This document shows positions 11,194 to 18,200 of a DNA stretch of 64,000 nucleotides, piece after piece; position 1 is the stretch's first letter, and each line of letters starts with the position of its first letter. Under the pieces are notes generated by a model. That model saw only the letters and a list, made by a program, of their open reading frames with translations. It had not been told where the DNA came from and made no database searches. Source of the DNA: an uncultured Actinomycetes bacterium (GTDB lineage Bacteria > Actinomycetota > Actinomycetes > Mycobacteriales > Jatrophihabitantaceae); NCBI GenBank assembly GCA_963828015.1, contig CAWHCD010000008.1, positions 49,730 to 113,729 on the forward strand, given 5' to 3'. A program made the translations under genes and the position numbers.

Positions 11194-12336
11194 ATGCGCA
11201 TTGCTCTCGTCGGGACCCGTGGCGTCCCGGCTCGATACGGCGGTTTCGAGACCTGCGTCGAGGAGGTCGGGCGACGGCTCGTGGCCGACGGCCATCACGT
11301 CGTCGTCTACTGCCGCCCGGCTGCAGACGGGTCCGAGCCGCTGGCCGAATACGAGGGCATGAAGCTGGTTCATCTACCCGCGCTCAAGCGCAAGGCGCTC
11401 GAGACGCTGAGCCACACCGGCCTGTCGGTGCTGCATCTGCTGCGCCACCGCGCCGATGCGGTGATCGTCTTCAACTCGGCCAACGCGGTGTTCCTGCCGC
11501 TGCTGCGGGCGGCTCGGATGCCCGTTGCGACCCACGTCGACGGACTGGAATGGAAGCGCGCGAAGTGGCAGGGAATCGGCCGGCGCTATTACCGCATGGC
11601 CGAGTCGCTGGCCGTGCGCTGGTCCGACGAGCTGATCGCCGATGCACAGGGCATTGCTGACTACTACGAGAACGAGTTCGGTGCCCCGACCGACCTGATC
11701 GCCTATGGCGCTCCGATTCTCAAGGATGCCGGAGCGGACAAGCTTGACGAGCTGAACGTGCAGTCGGGCAAGTACCACCTGGTCGTCGCCCGCTTCGAAC
11801 CGGAGAACCACGTCGACGTCATCGTCGACGGCTACCGGCAGAGCTGCGCCGAGTTGCCGCTGGTGGTGGTTGGCGCGGCGCCCTACGCCGACGCCTACAC
11901 CGAACGGGTGAAGGCCCTGGGCGATTCGCGCGTGCACTTCGTCGGCAGCATCTGGGACCAGGATCAGCTCGATCAGCTCTATGCCAACTCCCTGACCTAC
12001 CTGCACGGCCACTCGGTCGGCGGCACGAACCCCTCGCTGCTGCGCGCGATCGGGGCCGGGGCCGCCACCATCGCCTTCGATGTCACGTTCAATCGCGAGG
12101 TGCTGCAGGACGCCGGCCGCTACTTCGCCACCGCGGCGGACGTTCGGGCCGAGGTCGAGCGGGCCGAGGCGACGCCGGAGAAGACGCACGCGCTGGGCGC
12201 GCTCGCTCAGCAGCTGGCCACTCGTTACGACTGGAACGACGTGACGCGTCGCTACGAGCGGCTGTGCGCCCGGTTGGTCGCCAACCGGGGTCAGCGGCAC
12301 GAGCGCCCGTCCGGGCGACGCCGGGTGCAAGACTGA
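11194..12336 (+). CDS. glycosyltransferase family 4 (DUF1972-type N-domain)
   Basis: 380 aa. MRIALVGTRGVPARYGGFETCVEEVGRRL is typical of DUF1972/GT4 enzymes. C-terminal GT-B domain (LHGHSVGGTNPSLLRAIGAGAATIAFD). Confidence 0.85.
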   Translation: MRIALVGTRGVPARYGGFETCVEEVGRRLVADGHHVVVYCRPAADGSEPLAEYEGMKLVHLPALKRKALETLSHTGLSVLHLLRHRADAVIVFNSANAVFLPLLRAARMPVATHVDGLEWKRAKWQGIGRRYYRMAESLAVRWSDELIADAQGIADYYENEFGAPTDLIAYGAPILKDAGADKLDELNVQSGKYHLVVARFEPENHVDVIVDGYRQSCAELPLVVVGAAPYADAYTERVKALGDSRVHFVGSIWDQDQLDQLYANSLTYLHGHSVGGTNPSLLRAIGAGAATIAFDVTFNREVLQDAGRYFATAADVRAEVERAEATPEKTHALGALAQQLATRYDWNDVTRRYERLCARLVANRGQRHERPSGRRRVQD

Positions 12337-12341
12337 CGCAC

Positions 12342-13493
12342 GTGAGCAGCGGCGGGGCCCGGACGGTACTCATCGCCAATCCCGGGGCCGAGCTGTACGG
12401 CTCGGACCGCATGGTGCTCGAGACGGTCACGGCGCTGGTCGAGGACGGACGGCGGGTGATCGTCGCCCTGCCCGGCGATGGCCCGCTGCGGGCCGAGTTG
12501 ACCGCCCGCGGCGCCGAGGTCCAGTTCTGCCCGATGCCTGTCGTGCGCAAGAGCGCCCTGCGCCCGCTCGGCGCATTGCGCCTACTGGGCGACGTACTGC
12601 GCAGCTTCGCTCCGTCACTGCGCCTGATCCGACGGTGCCGTCCCGACGTCGTGCTCGTCAACACGACGATCGCCCCGCTTTGGTTCCTGCTCGCCGCCGG
12701 GCTGCGAGTGCCGCGGGTTGCGCACGTGCACGAAGGCGAGTCGGGTGCCTCGCCGCTCGTGCTCAAGGGTTTGTACGCCCCCTTGGTGCTGGCGCAGCGG
12801 CTCGTCATCAACAGCGAGTTCAGTCGCGGCGTGCTGGTCGCCGCGTTGCCCCGACTCGCAGCGCGAAGCGTCGTCATCTACAACGCGGTGCCCGCGCCGA
12901 GTCAGGTCACGTCAGCGCGCCGGCAGCTGGAAGCGCCGACCCGATTGGTCTTCGTCGGCCGACTTTCGCCCCGCAAGGGACCCGATATCGCCTTGGCGGC
13001 GGTGCAGTTGCTGCGGGAGCGGGGCGTTTCGGTCCACCTCGAACTGGTCGGTTCGGTCTTTCCCGGCTATGAGTGGTTCGAGGCCCAGCTGCGCGACTTC
13101 GTGGCCGACCAGGCGCTGACCGAGGCGGTGAGCTTCGCGGGCTTCCAAGGTGACGTCGGCGCCTTCACCGCCGCCGCCGACATCGTGCTGGTGCCTTCGA
13201 CGCTCGACGAGCCGTTCGGCAACACCGCCGTGGAAGCCGTATTGGCGACCCGGCCCTCGATCGTCAGTGCGGTCGGCGGTCTGCCCGAGGCGGTGCGTGG
13301 ATTCCAATCCGTGCGACTGGTGGCCGCGGGAGATCCAGCGCTGCTGGCCGATGCCGTTGTCGACGTCATTGGTGATTGGCCCCGGTTGCGGGCCGCAGCG
13401 CTCGAGGATGCGACCACGCGGGCGCAGCGGTACTCCAGCGCGACCTACGGTGCGGCGGTACGTGCGGTGCTTGACGCCGCGGTGATCAACTAA
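12342..13493 (+). CDS. glycosyltransferase family 4
   Basis: 383 aa from GTG 12342 (VSSGGARTVLIANPGAELYGSDRM). GT-B C-domain with PSTLDEPFGNTAVEAVLATRPSIVSAVGGLPE (EX7E-like motif). Confidence 0.85.
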   Translation: MSSGGARTVLIANPGAELYGSDRMVLETVTALVEDGRRVIVALPGDGPLRAELTARGAEVQFCPMPVVRKSALRPLGALRLLGDVLRSFAPSLRLIRRCRPDVVLVNTTIAPLWFLLAAGLRVPRVAHVHEGESGASPLVLKGLYAPLVLAQRLVINSEFSRGVLVAALPRLAARSVVIYNAVPAPSQVTSARRQLEAPTRLVFVGRLSPRKGPDIALAAVQLLRERGVSVHLELVGSVFPGYEWFEAQLRDFVADQALTEAVSFAGFQGDVGAFTAAADIVLVPSTLDEPFGNTAVEAVLATRPSIVSAVGGLPEAVRGFQSVRLVAAGDPALLADAVVDVIGDWPRLRAAALEDATTRAQRYSSATYGAAVRAVLDAAVIN

Positions 13494-13520
13494 CGCGCCA
13501 CGAGCGATGCGCAGAAAGTC

Positions 13521-14276
13521 CTACAGCGCGTCCAGTTCGCGGAACCAGCGATAGCTTCCAGCAATCAGATAGACCACGTTGATGGCGAAGAGCGCCGTGT
13601 ACACGACTTCGAACAGCCCGAACGCGGGAAACAGCACGATGGTGAGGCAGAGAACGCCCCAATCATTGGGCAGCGTGATGAGCGAACGCAGCACCGGGGC
13701 AGCCTCGTCCGGATTCAATCGCGATGTCGTGACCGTGCTGGCACCGGCCCGAGCCCGTTCGACGCGACGCAACATGTCGGTGAGCACGATGGCGAAGAAG
13801 AAGACCGAGGAGACGATTCCGAAGCCGAGCGGGACGAGTAGCAAGCCCGGGTGCGACAGGTGGAAGAAGCGCCACCAGGCGATCGCGATCGCGGCATGGA
13901 ACGAGGCGATCTTCAATGCGTCCAGGACGTGATCGAGCCATTCGCCGACTGTTGAACCGCTGCCCTTGAGGCGGGCGAGCTGGCCGTCGGCGGAATCCAG
14001 GGCGTAGCCGAGCAGTAGGCCGGCGGCGATGACCACGTCGACGGGCCAACTGGGCGCGACCAGGGTGAGCGCGATGATCGCGCCCATCGAACAGGCCGCG
14101 CTGATCAGACTGACCTGATTCGGCGACAGTCCGAACTTGAACGCGAACGCGGCCAGGTGCCTTCCGAGCGGGCGGTTGACCCACCGCGAATATCCGGCCG
14201 CACCGCGGTTGCTCTTCTGGGCGCGGCCCAGATAGGCCACGGCCTCGCGGTGTGTTGCCGAGCTCGACAGGGTCAC
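13521..14276 (-). CDS. CDP-alcohol phosphatidyltransferase family membrane protein
   Basis: 251 aa, multi-TM. DSADGQLARLKGSGSTVGEWLDHVLDALK matches the D(x)2DG(x)2AR...G(x)3D(x)3D family motif. Confidence 0.85.
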   Translation of the reverse strand: MTLSSSATHREAVAYLGRAQKSNRGAAGYSRWVNRPLGRHLAAFAFKFGLSPNQVSLISAACSMGAIIALTLVAPSWPVDVVIAAGLLLGYALDSADGQLARLKGSGSTVGEWLDHVLDALKIASFHAAIAIAWWRFFHLSHPGLLLVPLGFGIVSSVFFFAIVLTDMLRRVERARAGASTVTTSRLNPDEAAPVLRSLITLPNDWGVLCLTIVLFPAFGLFEVVYTALFAINVVYLIAGSYRWFRELDAL

Positions 14277-14498
14277 GGCCCGTACCGACCTTTCTTAGTG
14301 CGATGGTCACCCGCCGTAAGCGAATTTGTCTCTGTGTGCTAGCCAAGATACCGAAATCCTATGGCATGCACGGACGGACCGGACTACTTGTCGCTTTCAC
14401 AGGTAGCAATCATGGCATGTGCCGGAGTTCGGACTGGCGCTAAGTGTCCATCTGTCATATGCTGCCTTCACACTGCGAGGGCCTCGGCCGCTGCAGTT

Positions 14499-14526
14499 TC
14501 ATCGGGGGATGATTCGGGGGAATCAT
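14499..14526 (+). promoter_or_regulatory. overlapping twin GGGG-loop hairpins covering the SD and start codon of the lipoprotein gene
   Basis: TCATC-GGGG-GATGA (14499-14512) and ATGATTC-GGGG-GAATCAT (14509-14526) share bases 14509-14512, so they cannot form together. The second pairs the A and T of ATG 14525. The 17-mer tgattcgggggaatcat recurs exactly at 30291-30307. Confidence 0.5.
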
Positions 14527-15214
14527 GCACGTTTCTGGTCTGTTGCGCCGTGTGGGCGCAAAGACTGCGGGCCGCGCGACTGCGCCGGCCGGCAAGGCAT
14601 TGGTGCTGGCATCACTGGCATGCGCAGCGCTCATGAGCCTGGCCGCCTGCGGCGGGTCCAAGCACGAGGCGGCCAAATCGCCGACGGCGACTTCCGCGGC
14701 CTCGACCTCGGCGGCACCGACTCCATCGCCGGCGCCCAAGACACTGCCCAGCCTCAGCACGCCCGTCAGTGCACCGGGTGGTGGAGACGTCAGGTCCACC
14801 ATTGCATCGGCGAGCGTGCACACGGCTGCCCCGATCCCGGTCACCGCCACGGCCGACTTCGGCACGGGCGTCACCACCAAGGTGGTGTCGAACAAGAAGA
14901 TCAGCTTCTCGGCCCATCTGCCGGGTGAGATCTCCGGTCCAGCAGCGCAGGTGACGCTGCAGTTCACGAACAACTCCGCCGCGGCGGTATCGCTTTCCCA
15001 CGTGGTCGTCAATGACCAGGACGCCAAGGGCACGCCCATGGTGTCCAACCAATCCAGCCCGGCCGCGCCGGTCACTGGCTCGCTCGCACCTGGAGCGTCA
15101 ACGACGGGCGTCTACGTCTTCTCCTTGACCTCCTCCTATGTTGCGCCGCTGACGATCAGCGTCAGCTACTCAACGGCCGCTCCCGTCGTCCTGTTCGTAG
15201 GCGACGTCTCATGA
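14525..15214 (+). CDS. lipoprotein of unknown function (Ig-like/DUF4352-like C-domain suspected)
   Basis: 229 aa. Signal peptide with lipobox LAAC at ...LMSLAACGGSK, an Ala/Ser/Pro/Thr linker, then a beta-rich domain. The stop overlaps the start of the giant gene (ATGA). Confidence 0.7.
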   Translation: MHVSGLLRRVGAKTAGRATAPAGKALVLASLACAALMSLAACGGSKHEAAKSPTATSAASTSAAPTPSPAPKTLPSLSTPVSAPGGGDVRSTIASASVHTAAPIPVTATADFGTGVTTKVVSNKKISFSAHLPGEISGPAAQVTLQFTNNSAAAVSLSHVVVNDQDAKGTPMVSNQSSPAAPVTGSLAPGASTTGVYVFSLTSSYVAPLTISVSYSTAAPVVLFVGDVS

Positions 15215-18200
15215 TTTCGGGGAAAAACATGTTGAACAGGATCCGGAACCGGCGCGTTGTCGCCGCGACCGTGGTGGCGGCCGTTGTCGCATCAATGTCA
15301 GTGGCGTTCGCGCTCCCGGCCAATGCGGTTCTGACGACGCCCGGACCGGTGCAGCAACGCACCGCGGCAATGGTCACCGACGACGCGCTGCCGACCGTGC
15401 AGATCGATGGCGTCGTTTGGTCCGAGCAGGTCGTCGGCACGACGGTCTGGGCCGGTGGCAGCTTCGCCAACGCGCGCCCGGCCGGCGCCGCGCCCGGCAC
15501 CAACCTGACCTCGCGCCCCAATCTGCTGGCGTTCAACATCACCACCGGTGCCTTGATCACCTCGATCGCGCCTTCGCTCAACGCCGAAGTCAAGGTGGTT
15601 GCCGTCTCCCCGGACCATTCCCGCGTCTATGTCGGCGGGGCCTTCACCACAGCCAACGGCGCGAACCACTACCGAATCGCGGCCTACAACGCCAGCACCG
15701 GCGCAATCATCTCCAGCTTCACCGCCGGGGTCGACGCTGAGGTCAATGCCATCGTCGCGACGAACACGACCGTGTACGTCGGCGGTGCCTTCAGCAACGC
15801 CAACGGAGTGGCTCGGCAGAAGTTCGCCGCGTTCGACCTGAACGGCAACCTGCTCGGCTGGGCTCCGACGGCTGACAACAACGAGGTCGAGACGATGGTG
15901 ATGTCGCCCGATGGCACCCGCTTGATCGCCGGCGGCTCGTTCACCAGCGCCAACGGATCCGCCTCGGCCTACGGCCTGGCTTCGCTCGACCCGACGACTG
16001 GTGCCCTCTACCCGTGGGCGGCCAGCAGCGTGGTGCAGGATGCCGGCTCCGCGGCGGCGATCTTGCAGCTCACCACCGACGGCACGGCCATCTACGGCAA
16101 CGGCTATGTCTTCGGCGCCGGCGGCGATCTGGAGGGTTCGTTCTCCGCCGATCCCGACACCGGGACGATCAACTGGATCGAGGACTGCCACGGCGACACC
16201 TATGGCAACTACGCGATGAACGGCGTCCTCTACACGGTCAGCCACGCGCACTACTGCGGCAACGTCGGCGGCTATCCGCAGACCGAGCCGACGTGGACCT
16301 TCCAGCACACGGTGGCTTTCACCACCGCCGCGACCGGCACCTTGGCCCACAACACTGAGAGTCCGGGCGCCTACACCGACTTCGGTGGCCAGCCCAGCCC
16401 GTCGCTAATCAACTGGTTCCCCACCCTGCAGGAGGGCACCTACACCGGCCAGTCACAATCGGCCTGGAGCGTGACCGGTAACGGGACCTACCTCGTCGAG
16501 GGTGGGGAGTTCCCGAGTGTGAACGGGGTCGCCCAGCAGGGCCTGGTTCGCTTCGCCACGCCACCCACCGCACCATCGAAGATGGGCCCGACGCTGAGTG
16601 GGTCCTTCTTCACCTCGACCAACCTGGCGCTGTCCTCGACCTCGATCCGCGTCAGCTGGCCGGCCAACTACGACCCGGACGATGAGAACCTGACCTACAA
16701 GCTCGTCCGTAACGGGGACATCAACCACCCGATCTACACGGCGACACAGACCTCGCAGTTCTGGAACCGCCCCACCATGTCGTTCACCGACACCGGGCTG
16801 ACTCCGGGCACCACGTACCAGTACCGGTTGTTCGTCACCGACCCCGATGGCAACCAGGCTGCGGGCGACACGACGACGGCCAGCACGCCGAGCACCAACC
16901 CGGGCCCGTACGCGGCCGGGGTGCTCAATGCGGGTGCGGCGGACTACTGGCGCCTGGACGAGACCTCGGGCACGACGGCTACCGACTGGGCGGGCTTCAA
17001 CAACCTGACTGAGGGCGCAGGCGTCACCCACAACACCGCGGGCGCGATCATCGGCGACCCCGACACGGCCGACACCTTCTCGGGTACCAATACCGGCTGG
17101 GCCGAATCGGTGACCGCGGCTCCTGCGGTGGCTCCGAACACGTACACGATGGAGGCCTGGATCAAGACCAGCACTACTGCTGGCGGCAAGATCGTTGGCT
17201 TCGGCAGTGGCACGGCGGGAACGCTCAGCGGTAGCTACGACCGGCAGATCTACATGGACAACGCCGGGCATCTGATCTATGGCGTGTACACCGGTACGAC
17301 CTCGACTCTGGCCACCTCGGCCACGTTCAACGACAACACGTGGCATCACGTGGTCGGCACGCTCTCGGCGGCGGGGATGAACTTCTACGTCGACGGCAAG
17401 CTGGTCGGGCACAACGCGACCGTCACTGCCGGTCAGGTCTATGAGGGCTACTGGCACGTCGGCGGGGACAACCTGGCTAGCTGGCCGTCGGCACCGACGA
17501 GCAACTACTTCGCCGGTTCGATCGACGATGTCGCGATCTACCCGACCGCGCTCAACCTGACCCAGATCGACACCAACTACACCAACAGCGGCCGGACCGT
17601 CGCCGTGCCGGTGGCGCCGACTGACGCCTACGGCAAGGCCGTATTCAACGCGGCGCCGGACCTGTACTGGCGCCTGGACGACGCCAGCGGGCCGACCGCT
17701 GCCGACGCCTCGGGTAACAACTCGACCGGTCTGTACTCGGGCGCCGAGACGTTCAAGGTGGCCAGCCCCGTAGCGGGTGCCACCGGCACGGCCGTGACGT
17801 TCGATGGCTCCACCGGAACCATCGGCTCCAACCAGCAGTTCAGCAACCCGACCGTCTACACCGAGTCGGCCTGGTTCAACACCACGACGACGCACGGTGG
17901 CAAGATCATCGGCTTCGGGGCGGCCCAGACCGGCCTGTCCGGCAGTTATGACCGCCACGTCTACATGCTCGACACCGGTCAACTGGTGTTCGGCGCCTGG
18001 ACCGGGGTGGCCAACCTGGCGACCTCGCCGCTGAACTACAACGACGGCAAGTGGCACCAGCTCGTCGCGACCCAAGGCCCGAGCGGAATGGCGCTCTACG
18101 TCGACGGCCAGCTGGTGGCGACCAACGCCGACACCCAGGCCCAGGCCTACGCCGGCTACTGGCGGGTCGGGGGCGACTCCGACTGGGGCGGCGACAGCCC

